A DNA stretch of 61,006 nucleotides from a virus (taxonomy: Duplodnaviria; Caudoviricetes), in the IMG/VR virus record IMGVR_UViG_3300028809_000015, positions 1-61,006 of that record; one strand, 5' to 3'. The translations under genes and the position numbers were made by a program. Position 1 is the stretch's first letter; every line of letters begins with the position of its first letter. Positions 1 to 8,895 of the stretch are shown piece by piece. The notes under the pieces were generated by a model that saw only the letters and a program-made list of their open reading frames with translations, had not been told where the DNA came from and did no database searches.

Positions 1-481
1 GGATAACCTCTTTAAATAAAATATCTTCTTTGTTTTTTATATATGAATCAACAACATCGCCATCGCCATAGCCTCCAGAGTATTCAATGATCTGAGAGAG
101 GGCGGCCTCTTTTTCTTTGCATTTGAATAAATACAAAATCTTGTCAGACTGGTAACTCTTGCCGGCAGAGTTTTTTTGATGCTTATCATATGAGCGCAGT
201 ATCCAAGCCTTTCGGTGCGTCGAGGTTATGGCAAAGCTATCTTTGTCTACGTACGAAGCATATTCTCCAGATTGCTTTGATAGATCAACCCAGTTTTTTG
301 AAAGAGGCTCTCCAATTGGGAGGCTAATCTTTTTGCAGCCCGATGCGTCCCCATTGTTTTTGTATTCTGGCTTCCCGCTCTCATTAATACAGCGGTAGAC
401 CTCCAGAGGAAGAGGTGCCTGCGCATACCCAAGCAAAGGCAATGCCGATAAAACCAAGGCGATGGCAGCTGCGGTTTTCAT
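1..481 (-). CDS. Secreted protein (signal peptide + DUF4124-like segment + surface-adhesin-E-like domain), 5' part; continues across the circular join to 60907 (190 aa total)
   Basis: Manual translation [50 protein letters not shown]|PDSVGAGLLRRIC..stop; ATG overlaps the upstream Arc gene stop (ATGA); absent from the ORF track because it spans the end. Confidence 0.75.
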   Translation of the reverse strand, partial: MKTAAAIALVLSALPLLGYAQAPLPLEVYRCINESGKPEYKNNGDASGCKKISLPIGEPLSKNWVDLSKQSGEYASYVDKDSFAITSTHRKAWILRSYDKHQKNSAGKSYQSDKILYLFKCKEKEAALSQIIEYSGGYGDGDVVDSYIKNKEDILFKEVI

Positions 482-768
482 GGCTTGTCCCTTTTTTCAA
501 ACACAAGCTGAAATTTCGCCCCCATCTTTTCCGCCTCTGCTTGGAATATCTTGATTGCATCTTCAAGAGTGCCCTCCCTAGAAACAGGGCTGAAACTTTC
601 TTGTAGGCGAGCAACGATCTCGGCGTTCATCGAACGTTTATTTGCCTTGGCTGATTCAGCAATACGGTCTCGCATGCCGTCTGGCAGGCGCACCACAAAT
701 TGATCTGCGGTCCGGCTTGGGTAGTTCTTTTCTTTTTCGCTTGTCATTTGCGTCACGATACTAGCCAC
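478..768 (-). CDS. Arc/Mnt-family ribbon-helix-helix repressor
   Basis: [34 protein letters not shown] is a canonical Arc signature; true start may be 748. Confidence 0.9.
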   Translation of the reverse strand: MASIVTQMTSEKEKNYPSRTADQFVVRLPDGMRDRIAESAKANKRSMNAEIVARLQESFSPVSREGTLEDAIKIFQAEAEKMGAKFQLVFEKRDKP

Positions 769-831
769 TGCATATTTTTTCTATGATATGCACTTGCTAT
801 GATATTAAATTGGGACTAATATGTAGTTGCG

Positions 832-1020
832 ATGGTCGCAAAGCATGGGGGAAATATGACTGATCCAGTAGCAATGCAGGTTCGAATACCGCTTGACCTG
901 AGAAATTGGCTGCGCAAAGCGGCTGAGGTAAATGCTCGTTCAATGAACGGACAACTTGTCACCATCCTAAGGAATGCCAAAGCCGCAGATGAAAAGCACG
1001 TCATTGGGGCGACGGCATGA
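832..1020 (+). CDS. Arc-family RHH protein, divergent from the first Arc gene (immI-like arrangement)
   Basis: MQVRIPLDLRNWLRKAAEVNARSMNGQLV. Confidence 0.85.
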   Translation: MVAKHGGNMTDPVAMQVRIPLDLRNWLRKAAEVNARSMNGQLVTILRNAKAADEKHVIGATA

Positions 1021-1658
1021 GCAAACTCGTCAAGGCTGAATACGAAGGCGTTGCCGTCAGTTTTCAGGACGACGGCTGGTTCAATGCAACACAAGTGGCC
1101 GCGAAACATGGAAAGCGAGTGGATAACTGGCTGCGCTCGCAGGAGACTCAGGACTATGTGGGCGCCCTTTCCAATGCACTAAATACCTCAGATGTGAGGG
1201 ATTTGGTAAAAACAAAGCGCGGCAAGGATGGTGGCACTTGGTTACACCCGAAACTAGCTGTTCGGTTTGCTCAATGGATTGACGTTCGATTTGCGGTTTG
1301 GTGCGACATGCAAATTGATGCGATATTGCACGAAAACAAAGCTGAACAGATTGACGAGAGTGAGCCAAGTACTGTACTGGAGCGGACGCCGCTGTATTTG
1401 GACGTCGTCCAGGCAGTAATTCGCCACCGTCTGATGTTTCCTGTTGTGTACCAAGGCATCAACGATGTCGCCGGGTCCGACGCATTTTGTTACATGACAA
1501 AAAAGCAGGTTCGCATTGCCAAGCCATTCGCCAGACGCATTGCAAATGGGACGGCGACGTCAGAAGACTGGAAAATTCTTGACGCTCGGCGGAAGGCTTT
1601 GGGGCGCGATCAAATTCAGCCAGAACTCAACGGCTTTGGGCCGCCGGCATTGAAGTAA
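1017..1658 (+). CDS. KilA-N domain antirepressor-like protein
   Basis: WFNATQVA..GKRVDNWLR..GGTWLHPKLAVRFAQWIDVRFAVWCD is the KilA-N pattern; follows an Arc gene as in the P22 mnt-arc-ant layout. Confidence 0.88.
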   Translation: MSKLVKAEYEGVAVSFQDDGWFNATQVAAKHGKRVDNWLRSQETQDYVGALSNALNTSDVRDLVKTKRGKDGGTWLHPKLAVRFAQWIDVRFAVWCDMQIDAILHENKAEQIDESEPSTVLERTPLYLDVVQAVIRHRLMFPVVYQGINDVAGSDAFCYMTKKQVRIAKPFARRIANGTATSEDWKILDARRKALGRDQIQPELNGFGPPALK

Positions 1659-1729
1659 AAAAGAAACCCCGAACGATCTTGGCGGAGGATTCGGGGTCAT
1701 GCTCACCACTAAGAAGAATGGAGAAGCAA

Positions 1730-1936
1730 ATGAATATTATCACAACACGCGATGATGTAAAGGCGGAGTTTAAGCTAACGCCAGACGAAATGCGGGTGAT
1801 CCGAGCATATAGAAAGTTCGATGATGACAGCCAAGGCTTCTGGCTGGATAGCATGGAGGTATGCGCAAGAAAGCCAGAGTGCGGACTCCGAGCTAAAAAA
1901 TCCGAGTTGCGCCTGGTGGCAGGAGGTGCAGCATGA
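1730..1936 (+). CDS. Small protein resembling the C-terminal helical domain of XRE repressors
   Basis: LTPDEMRVIRAYRKFDDDSQGFWLDSM..LRLV; GGAG RBS upstream of ATG 1730. Confidence 0.6.
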   Translation: MNIITTRDDVKAEFKLTPDEMRVIRAYRKFDDDSQGFWLDSMEVCARKPECGLRAKKSELRLVAGGAA

Positions 1937-1944
1937 GTAGCAAT

Positions 1945-2127
1945 CTAAAATCTCACGCTCGCCGGCCACCACTCATAGACCTCTTCGGCGGCGACATATC
2001 CAGGTTGTTCGGTGAAATAGAACCGGCGCTCATCGGCATTCCAAACGGCTTCGCGCCTAGTTCCGTCATGCAATACGGTAACGCAAATCTCGTCGTGGCG
2101 TAGGCGGGATAGGGCTGAATCTAGCAT
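1945..2127 (-). CDS. Small hypothetical moron, probably leaderless
   Basis: Extended -10 TGC-TAAAAT 6 nt before ATG; 60-aa ORF. Confidence 0.55.
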   Translation of the reverse strand: MLDSALSRLRHDEICVTVLHDGTRREAVWNADERRFYFTEQPGYVAAEEVYEWWPASVRF

Positions 2128-2231
2128 GTTGCAATTTTAGCATTGCGGCTCAGGGGGCGTCACGCTGCCTTGATTTTGCGCAACCGCAACATTTCCTTAT
2201 AGATCATTTACTTGCCTAACGTTATCACCAC

Positions 2232-2240
2232 TTATCCACA
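2232..2240 (+). promoter_or_regulatory. Perfect DnaA box (TTATCCACA) with degenerate flanking boxes
   Basis: Exact 9-mer consensus in an intergenic region; TTATCACCA at 2222 and TTGGGCACA at 2244. Confidence 0.5.
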
Positions 2241-2284
2241 GAGTTGGGCACAGGAACTGGGGGTATGTTTCTTTTTGTAATTGG

Positions 2285-2494
2285 TTAGGCTTGCTCCGTC
2301 CTTACGTCCTGCCAGTCGGTCCATGCAATCTTCGGCTCTTCCGGGTATCGAAGTGGCGCGGTCAAAATCTTCTTCCGCCATTGCAGAACCTTTTCCGTTC
2401 TGAATGATGGGCGCATTGAATTGCTATCCAGATGAAAGAACTCACCATATTCCACCTGTCGTTCGACAAACCGAAAATCCACGTCAACCATCAT
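2285..2494 (-). CDS. Hypothetical protein
   Basis: Last ORF of a tightly packed minus-strand gene run; start uncertain. Confidence 0.45.
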   Translation of the reverse strand: MMVDVDFRFVERQVEYGEFFHLDSNSMRPSFRTEKVLQWRKKILTAPLRYPEEPKIAWTDWQDVRTEQA

Positions 2495-2515
2495 TCCTCC
2501 TGCGCCCGTAGGCGA

Positions 2516-2719
2516 TCAATCATTATTACGCGGTTTGGCGCCAAGGGCAGTCTGTCCCTGCGCTTTCATTTTCGCAATAGTCCTCGCCAGCTTATTAATA
2601 TGGTTGGCAAGCAGCACCAAGTCTGAATCCTTAACGCTCGGATTGCTCCGCGTCAACAACTCTTGGCGCAGGCGGGCCGCGTGTTTCATTGCGTCGGCTA
2701 GGGTGCGGGTGGTGGACAT
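2516..2719 (-). CDS. Hypothetical protein
   Basis: GGAGG RBS before MSTTRTLAD. Confidence 0.55.
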   Translation of the reverse strand: MSTTRTLADAMKHAARLRQELLTRSNPSVKDSDLVLLANHINKLARTIAKMKAQGQTALGAKPRNND

Positions 2720-2940
2720 GCATCCTCCCTTGTGTCTGCTTCTGGCGGGACGCCGACCTCGGCCGGATAAGCTATCTTGAATTCGACGAACCAATTCTCA
2801 TCGAAATATTGCCGAACAGAAAACGATCCGCCAAGTGCCGTAACTCTTTTGCACTCCTCACGCATTAAGTCCACCGTCTTCTGGTCTGTATAAAGCACTG
2901 TGCTCAGTGAAACCATCATTTCCCACCTCCCAATGGTCAA
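2698..2940 (-). CDS. Hypothetical protein
   Basis: Coupled ORF in the minus-strand run. Confidence 0.5.
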   Translation of the reverse strand: MTIGRWEMMVSLSTVLYTDQKTVDLMREECKRVTALGGSFSVRQYFDENWFVEFKIAYPAEVGVPPEADTREDACPPPAP

Positions 2941-3141
2941 TCAGTTATTCCCGGCGCTCGGGGCTGCGTCCGGTCGAAGCGCCTTGAACTTGACGCCGAA
3001 TATTCTCAACGTCTTCGTGTAGCCGTGCCGCTCGCTGAACGTCGGCTCCATTGTCGAAATGCACAGGCCGTAGCCAAAGACGCGAAACCAGCAGCCCCAA
3101 TGCCTTCCTTGCATCCAAGCTGTGCCGCACAAAGCTTTCAT
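2941..3141 (-). CDS. Hypothetical protein
   Basis: ATGA overlap with the upstream gene. Confidence 0.55.
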   Translation of the reverse strand: MKALCGTAWMQGRHWGCWFRVFGYGLCISTMEPTFSERHGYTKTLRIFGVKFKALRPDAAPSAGNN

Positions 3142-3518
3142 GCTTGGCCCTTGGTCGGATCGGCCAGTGCTACGGCAGCGCGGGTGATTGCGCGCCTGAT
3201 GGCGCCGGCTTCATCGTCTCCATATTTCTCATCGACGCGCACCGGCGTTCCAGAGCTCTTCCATACACAAACAGCAGGCGACTTTATCCAATTGCAATCC
3301 TTGTCGTAGCCATTGAACAATTCGCAGCCGGTATCAATGCATAGCTTCAGGCGTGCAGCCAGCCGCAGTGCATCGCCATCGTCGGCAAGTGAATTGAACT
3401 CAACAATTCGACCATCTCGCCAGATCATCACCCTGCCAGTCGCATCATTTGGCGATTCGTAAAGTCCGTAATTGGCCGCCTTCGCCGCCAGTTCGAGCAG
3501 TGTCTTGTCGTCTATCAT
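3138..3518 (-). CDS. Conserved phage hypothetical protein
   Basis: LLELAAKAA..FNSLADDGDALRLAARL..AIRRAITRAA pattern common in proteobacterial phages; ATGA overlaps. Confidence 0.7.
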   Translation of the reverse strand: MIDDKTLLELAAKAANYGLYESPNDATGRVMIWRDGRIVEFNSLADDGDALRLAARLKLCIDTGCELFNGYDKDCNWIKSPAVCVWKSSGTPVRVDEKYGDDEAGAIRRAITRAAVALADPTKGQA

Positions 3519-3826
3519 GATGCTTCCTTTGCTTGGGTTGGCTCGTATTTGCGCAGCCGCTCAATCTCGGCGATCAGCTTGAGGACGGTGGCGGGGTTGG
3601 CGGCGGCGATGAAATGCACGTCGTGATTGTCGCGATACGGGGGATCTTTTGTGTCAACACAAGCGGCGCATCGAGCGACAACCATGGACTTCCCGGGTTG
3701 CCTTAAGAACTCAGGCTTGTACACGTACATATCCACCGGGTACGCGGTGCCGACATATTTGGAGCTCCACGGTCCCGGCGTTGCCGCAAGCGCCAGCGCT
3801 TTTAGTCTTTCAAGGTCCATTCCCAT
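3515..3826 (-). CDS. Ead/Ea22-like protein
   Basis: LERLKALALAATPGPW..FIAAANPATVLKLIAEIERLR signature. Confidence 0.82.
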   Translation of the reverse strand: MGMDLERLKALALAATPGPWSSKYVGTAYPVDMYVYKPEFLRQPGKSMVVARCAACVDTKDPPYRDNHDVHFIAAANPATVLKLIAEIERLRKYEPTQAKEAS

Positions 3827-3829
3827 CCC

Positions 3830-4018
3830 CTAATCTGGATACTTTTCATAGAATGCTCCCCTGCCGATTTCGTCGCATTCCTCGACGTACTGCCAAACTT
3901 CATCGGCCAGGCTTTCCTTTCCGTACATGTAATCCGAATATTTCAGCGTCTCGAAGTCCATGCGCTTTTCGATTGCCTTCTTCGCAATCCAGATCATTTC
4001 TTCTTTATTCATTCCCAT
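3830..4018 (-). CDS. Hypothetical protein
   Basis: RBS AAGGGG; packed in operon. Confidence 0.6.
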   Translation of the reverse strand: MGMNKEEMIWIAKKAIEKRMDFETLKYSDYMYGKESLADEVWQYVEECDEIGRGAFYEKYPD

Positions 4019-4026
4019 CCCCTTGG

Positions 4027-5052
4027 TCAGTTCTTCGATTGCTGAATGGCTGCGTCGATAGCGGCGCGCGGCGTCTCAAACGATTTCCCCTCTCCGGAAA
4101 GAACGATGTATTCCTCATCTTCATTCTGCGTGAACAACTGATACCGAACGACTGGGTGATCGAGTTTTGCCGCCTGAATCCATGCGGTATTCGAGATAAC
4201 AAAATCAAGTCGCTCTGCATCCTTGCCCTCTGGCTTCGCAGCCACCTGATTGCTGGATAGGGCGGCGCGGGCTTTCCATGCCTGCCATGCCGAGATAACC
4301 CAAATTTCTTCATTCGGCTGAGTGGTCACCCATTCTTGAAAAGCCTTCTGCTCATCCACTACGCCAGATACAGGCTGCGCATCTGTAGTTTGCTTCTCAC
4401 CAGTGAACGACAAATTTGTTTGATCTTCACATTTTCCAGAATCTTGAACACAAACGTGCTGCGCCTCCACTGAAGCTGGGAGGGCGGCAACGCGTCGAAT
4501 AAGCTCAGTCGAAGTAACGCCTTCGTACATGGCGCGATAGTCGGCAACGCAGTTGTGTTGGAACACGGCTTTGCGATGTCCGTGCGTGTCATGCCATTCA
4601 ATTAGCCATGCCTCAGTTTCCCGCTCGTCTGCCACCGGCTTGGCTTCTGCGGCATCGGCTGCAACAAATCTAGGATTTGTCATCATTGGCTTTACTTCGC
4701 CCATGCCTGGATACGTTTTAAACTTGTCGTATGCCTTGACCGCTTCCATTGACGGAAACCATCCATTGTTCTGGCCGTAGCGATGCTGACCGCAAGGCTT
4801 CAGCCAGCCGCAGGCATTACAGGAATAGAAATCGTAATGCGGCGTCCCTGATTTATGATCGCAAGGAATCATGCTTTCGTCGCCTGCGGCATTGGTAGCG
4901 GCGAGGGCGTCTTTGGCGAACGTCATGGCGTCCGACGCTTTTACGTACCAAACCGTCGGTCCAAGTTGCACCCCATTTGACAGGTTAAGCAAGCCAGCGG
5001 ACTCGATAATGTCTACCAAGTCTTTCAGCGCTTCGCGTGTGTTATCGGTCAT
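4027..5052 (-). CDS. Mosaic multi-module hypothetical protein (Eaa/Ead-region type)
   Basis: AGGA RBS before ATG 5052; modules joined by QPV linkers; CxxC; C-terminal KDAERLD..TPRAAIDAA module. Confidence 0.7.
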   Translation of the reverse strand: MTDNTREALKDLVDIIESAGLLNLSNGVQLGPTVWYVKASDAMTFAKDALAATNAAGDESMIPCDHKSGTPHYDFYSCNACGWLKPCGQHRYGQNNGWFPSMEAVKAYDKFKTYPGMGEVKPMMTNPRFVAADAAEAKPVADERETEAWLIEWHDTHGHRKAVFQHNCVADYRAMYEGVTSTELIRRVAALPASVEAQHVCVQDSGKCEDQTNLSFTGEKQTTDAQPVSGVVDEQKAFQEWVTTQPNEEIWVISAWQAWKARAALSSNQVAAKPEGKDAERLDFVISNTAWIQAAKLDHPVVRYQLFTQNEDEEYIVLSGEGKSFETPRAAIDAAIQQSKN

Positions 5053-5129
5053 GTCCAAATCCTTTCTGGTTTGATCGGCATACCAGCCACCCCCCTTAAT
5101 CATTTAAGCAAAAGCGCATCCCGACAGAA

Positions 5130-5356
5130 ATCGTCGTCCAATATACAGTTGTAAGTGGTTGATTTTATTGATGCCATACAGTGTGCTTTTGTGGATATGA
5201 GATTGCTATCAAAATGCCGTTTTGTCTTTAAAAATCAAACGGTTAAAGATAAATTGCCGATATAATGCACACATGTATATCGATTCCGCTAAGGCTAGTG
5301 TACATGCTGGTTTTGGGGCAGTCGTCCAAAATCGTCCAAAATTCGTCCAAAATAAA
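5130..5356. other. attP site (intact)
   Basis: Arm-type repeats TCGTCCAA(AA) at 5134, 5322, 5332 and 5343; two IHF consensus sites WATCAANNNNTTR at 5152-5164 (minus) and 5233-5245; AT-rich; immediately downstream of the integrase. Confidence 0.8.
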
Positions 5357-6457
5357 TCAACCATTTGCCACGTCGATCCAATCAGATCCGCGCGGATCGA
5401 TGTACTTTTCCGTCATCTCTAGCGATGCATGGCCGAAAAGTTTTTGGGTAAATTCCTTTTGGTACTCCCTTTCGTAAAGCCTGCCAGATAATGACCTGAT
5501 TTCGTGAAAACTCTGTGGGGTTTTGTCTGTATTTGGCATTACCCCGGCAGCATCACGCGCCGCAGCAAATGCATTGCTGATCGTATCCATTTTGACCTTT
5601 GCCCCAGCCTTCACCACGCCAATACTGCGACGGTGGTGTATTAGGTACTTGCTTACAACCCCGCTATTCCGGCATTGCTTTACAACATCATCAAGCGACA
5701 TTCCAACGGCATTTAGCCGCAATGTGACTGCAATTCTGATTTTGGCACCTGTTTTACCGCGCTGGCAGTACCAGTACCCGTCCTTGAAGTCTGAAAACAT
5801 GGCGTTGGAAATCTCGGCGCGGGCTTGCCCTGAAAGCAATGCGAGCCACATCGCATTAGTCAGCCATGGATCAGCATGCGGCAGTATTTGCATGAACTGG
5901 TCAAGCGACAGCCGATCCCGTTTAATAGTGACCTTTGCCGTCTTCGTGACTTCGACGGGGTTATGCCCGCGATTGATCAGCCCCTGCGACTCAGCATCAA
6001 AGAAGATGTCGAAGAGGGCTGTTCTACGCTGTCTTGCTGCGCTCGTCCCTCGTGACGCCTCAGTTTCGGCAAGAAAAACATGGATTTCACGCGTTGTTAC
6101 GGTGTTTACTGGCTTGCTTGCGAATGGCGCGGCCAAGATAAATCGAATGCTGGACTTCATCTGCTTGACCGTGTTCGGGTTCGGATGCTCCAATGCATAG
6201 GCCAGTTCGTATGCCTTGGCGCACTCAGCAAGCGTCTTCGTGCCGCCTCCCTGAACCCAATCCGCAAGGGTCGTCGCCTTTTTCGATGATAAGCAAAGGT
6301 TTGCTGTTATCGCCTCGTCAAATGCTTTTACCCGGTCCCGGCCAAGCCCCTTGGTCTTGCCGTTATCAGGGTTCCTGTACCAAAAATACCCATCCGGCTT
6401 TTGGTATAAATTGTCAGGCCAGTTTTTCCGCTTTGAAATTCTTCGTCTTGCTGCCAT
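5357..6457 (-). CDS. int: Lambda-family tyrosine integrase with N-terminal arm-binding domain
   Basis: N-term WPDNLY..GYFWYRNP..GLG; catalytic R (GQARAEI), K (GKTG), HxxR (FHEIRSL), GH (LFGH) and Y (TEKY). Confidence 0.95.
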   Translation of the reverse strand: MAARRRISKRKNWPDNLYQKPDGYFWYRNPDNGKTKGLGRDRVKAFDEAITANLCLSSKKATTLADWVQGGGTKTLAECAKAYELAYALEHPNPNTVKQMKSSIRFILAAPFASKPVNTVTTREIHVFLAETEASRGTSAARQRRTALFDIFFDAESQGLINRGHNPVEVTKTAKVTIKRDRLSLDQFMQILPHADPWLTNAMWLALLSGQARAEISNAMFSDFKDGYWYCQRGKTGAKIRIAVTLRLNAVGMSLDDVVKQCRNSGVVSKYLIHHRRSIGVVKAGAKVKMDTISNAFAAARDAAGVMPNTDKTPQSFHEIRSLSGRLYEREYQKEFTQKLFGHASLEMTEKYIDPRGSDWIDVANG

Positions 6458-6459
6458 CT

Positions 6460-6642
6460 TTAATCCCTGTATTGTGCGTCAGGCTGCACGAACCAGCCGC
6501 GCCCAATCTTCTTTGGGCGAGGGGAGATGCGCCCGCTATTTACCCAATTCCGCAAAGTATTGGCATGCGGGAGTTTTTCCCCGAACTGGATTTTTGCCCA
6601 GTCTCGCAACGAAATAAGTCTTGGCATTATTACTGCGCTCAT
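6460..6642 (-). CDS. xis: Excisionase
   Basis: LISLRDWA..TLRNWVNSGRISPRPKKIGRGWFV..AQY; directly upstream of int. Confidence 0.9.
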   Translation of the reverse strand: MSAVIMPRLISLRDWAKIQFGEKLPHANTLRNWVNSGRISPRPKKIGRGWFVQPDAQYRD

Positions 6643-6683
6643 CTCTCACCACCTTTCGCTAACTGCTTATGCTGCTTGCTTAA

Positions 6684-7061
6684 TTACTCTGCCTGTTCGG
6701 CAGCAGGTCTGTCGGCCCGCGCCTCGGCTAGCTGCGCGTCCAGCTCCGCAATCTTGCTTCTGGCATTCGCCAGGCGTTCCGGCATGTCCGCGTGGACGGC
6801 GATGCGCTCACCAGTGAAAACGCGGCGTGCGTCATCAGTGCGGCTCAGTATGCCCGGAACAACCCCGCGCACAGACTCGAACAGGGTGCGCAGGCCAGCT
6901 TCGTGCGGCTGCATGTAGTGCTTGCCCAACTTTTCGTAGAACACCTTCAAGAAGGCGTCCGAACCGTAGCCCACCAGTGCGTCCAGTGCGCGCAGCTCGG
7001 CTTCACTGAAGCTCATCGTGGCCGTGACCTCGACTTTCGGCAATTGGATGATTTCAGCCAT
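6684..7061 (-). CDS. Hypothetical protein
   Basis: GGAGG RBS before MAEIIQ. Confidence 0.65.
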   Translation of the reverse strand: MAEIIQLPKVEVTATMSFSEAELRALDALVGYGSDAFLKVFYEKLGKHYMQPHEAGLRTLFESVRGVVPGILSRTDDARRVFTGERIAVHADMPERLANARSKIAELDAQLAEARADRPAAEQAE

Positions 7062-7938
7062 TCTGACCTCCTGCACCCTTGGCAGCAGAGCTGTCATCGA
7101 AATACGCCTCCTTCAGCTCACGGACGTGCTTGTTGATAAGCATGGCATCCGCAGGGAGGGCGTCGGCGGCGCGCTTGCGCCATGTTTCTGTCAATGCCGT
7201 TAGGCGGGCGTGAGTGACGACGTTGGATTCGCGCAGCTTTCCAGCGATCATGCCGAGCACTGAACCGCGTGCGCCGTCCAGTGTCGCATCGTCTTTCGGC
7301 ACGGCGCTTTCCAGTCCTACCAACCGCGCCACATTCCGCAGGCGCGTGGCGTTGAATTGCAGTTCGCCGTCGCCGTGTTCTGCTGCGTTGGCAGCAGTAG
7401 GTCTGCTACCCTGTTCAGCCACTTCCAGCAGGGCCGCGCGAAGCTGTTCCAGCGCCTTGTTGTAGCCGTCTGCAAACGCTTTTGCGGTATCTTCAGTGTG
7501 AATCCAGGGTGTCAGTTGGATATTCACCAGCATCACGCACGCTAGTGGCCCGGTGCCGCCAGACAAGCACACCCGCGCTTCCCTACCTGCGCGCAATGCC
7601 TTGGTGATGTGAACCGGCTCTTTCAGCGGTGTGATGCCCTGCAGCGCCAGCAGCAGGTCGGTGGTCGCGTCTGGCGCTTTCGGTTCTAGGCTGAACAGGT
7701 ATCGTATCCAGTCCTGCGCGCCGCCTTTTGTGAGGTGCATGTCCTGAATTGTCCAGTCAGGCCACAAGTCTTCAAAGCCAGACATTGCCAAGTGATTGCG
7801 CATCTGCTGCGTAGTCACTGATGTATTGCCGCCGTACATTGCAAGGAATGAACGCACGGCGCGGTTCTCGCCGTCATCGTCAATCAGGTCACGCTTCAGT
7901 TCTTCCGCCGATACCGGCGATACATTAGGGGTGGTCAT
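7054..7938 (-). CDS. Mosaic hypothetical protein
   Basis: Long ORF in the early-left operon. Confidence 0.7.
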   Translation of the reverse strand: MTTPNVSPVSAEELKRDLIDDDGENRAVRSFLAMYGGNTSVTTQQMRNHLAMSGFEDLWPDWTIQDMHLTKGGAQDWIRYLFSLEPKAPDATTDLLLALQGITPLKEPVHITKALRAGREARVCLSGGTGPLACVMLVNIQLTPWIHTEDTAKAFADGYNKALEQLRAALLEVAEQGSRPTAANAAEHGDGELQFNATRLRNVARLVGLESAVPKDDATLDGARGSVLGMIAGKLRESNVVTHARLTALTETWRKRAADALPADAMLINKHVRELKEAYFDDSSAAKGAGGQNG

Positions 7939-7941
7939 GCC

Positions 7942-8163
7942 TTAATCCTTCCACTCAACTTTGAATTTCAGGATGTCGTCGGCGATTTCCGACATTACGC
8001 AAGGCGCGTCGATAATTGAGTTATCGCTTTGATGGATTCCCTCGCCGGAAAAATTCTCATGCTTCACGTAGTAGGCAAGGACGCGATCAAAAATAGCCTG
8101 CTTGGTCGCCTCGTCGTCGTTGAATGTAACGCGCAAATTCGTGGTTTCGATGGTTTGCATCAT
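7942..8163 (-). CDS. Hypothetical protein
   Basis: GGAGG RBS; ATGA overlap. Confidence 0.65.
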   Translation of the reverse strand: MMQTIETTNLRVTFNDDEATKQAIFDRVLAYYVKHENFSGEGIHQSDNSIIDAPCVMSEIADDILKFKVEWKD

Positions 8164-8726
8164 TCCTCCTGTTGTCCCGCCCCAGCGGAGGCGGATAGCT
8201 GGTTATCTGCGCTCTGTGCTGTATGGGCGGCAGGGGTGGAAAACTGCTCAAGCATCGGCAGCAGCGTGTATTCCAAAAACTGACGCGCACGGATCACGTG
8301 TTCGTAGTTTGTGATGTAGTCCCTGGTCGGGCACTTCTCGCCCACGATGGCAGCGGATATGTGCGTCGAAGTCAGTTCTTCAATTACCTGCTTGGCGGTA
8401 TCGATTGCTTCCGCAATTCCAGTCACTTCTCCAACCCGCGCTGTCTGCTCTGCCTGTACAGGATGGGCATTGGCTGCAATAGATTGATGACAAATGTGTT
8501 TGTCCGCCATTTCTGCTGGCTTTTGAGACGCAACGTTACTCGGCTCGGTATTGGCTGCGGAGAGCAAGGAGATGGCGCGATCTATCGCTGCAAGATCGTC
8601 ATCGCTAGGACGAGGCTTGCGCCCTCCGAATCCTTCAAACATGCCTTCTGCGCGATTTTGCAGTTCTACGTACTTACGGCCTGTTGTTAGCGCATCCAGT
8701 AGTGCTGCCTGTGTTGGGTTAGTCAT
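8160..8726 (-). CDS. Hypothetical protein
   Basis: AAGGAG RBS before MTNPTQ. Confidence 0.65.
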   Translation of the reverse strand: MTNPTQAALLDALTTGRKYVELQNRAEGMFEGFGGRKPRPSDDDLAAIDRAISLLSAANTEPSNVASQKPAEMADKHICHQSIAANAHPVQAEQTARVGEVTGIAEAIDTAKQVIEELTSTHISAAIVGEKCPTRDYITNYEHVIRARQFLEYTLLPMLEQFSTPAAHTAQSADNQLSASAGAGQQEE

Positions 8727-8895
8727 GGCTTGGCTCCTTTTTCTTAATTGCTCGAAGCGTTGCAACGGAAAAGAAAAGCGAAACTGCTAGCGATGGAATC
8801 ATCCGCCAATCGCGAGTCGCAATGCTATGCGCGCCAAGAACAAGGACGCCGACTATGCAAACCCACATGAGAAACTTCAATGCTGGAGTCTTCAT
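8719..8895 (-). CDS. Small membrane protein
   Basis: Two hydrophobic segments; GGAGGG RBS. Confidence 0.55.
   Translation of the reverse strand: MKTPALKFLMWVCIVGVLVLGAHSIATRDWRMIPSLAVSLFFSVATLRAIKKKEPSHD

Noticed and set aside
1-8. 8-nt terminal repeat as att core or physical terminal repeat
   Set aside because: It lies inside a coding sequence and far from int/attP; best explained as assembly overlap of a circular contig
247-614. ORF-track calls 247-432, 384-614 and 415-606
   Set aside because: Overlap the better-supported junction-spanning gene starting at 481 and the Arc gene
5322-5352. Short tandem repeat resembling a mini-CRISPR
   Set aside because: 10-bp units without spacers, next to int; explained as integrase arm-binding sites
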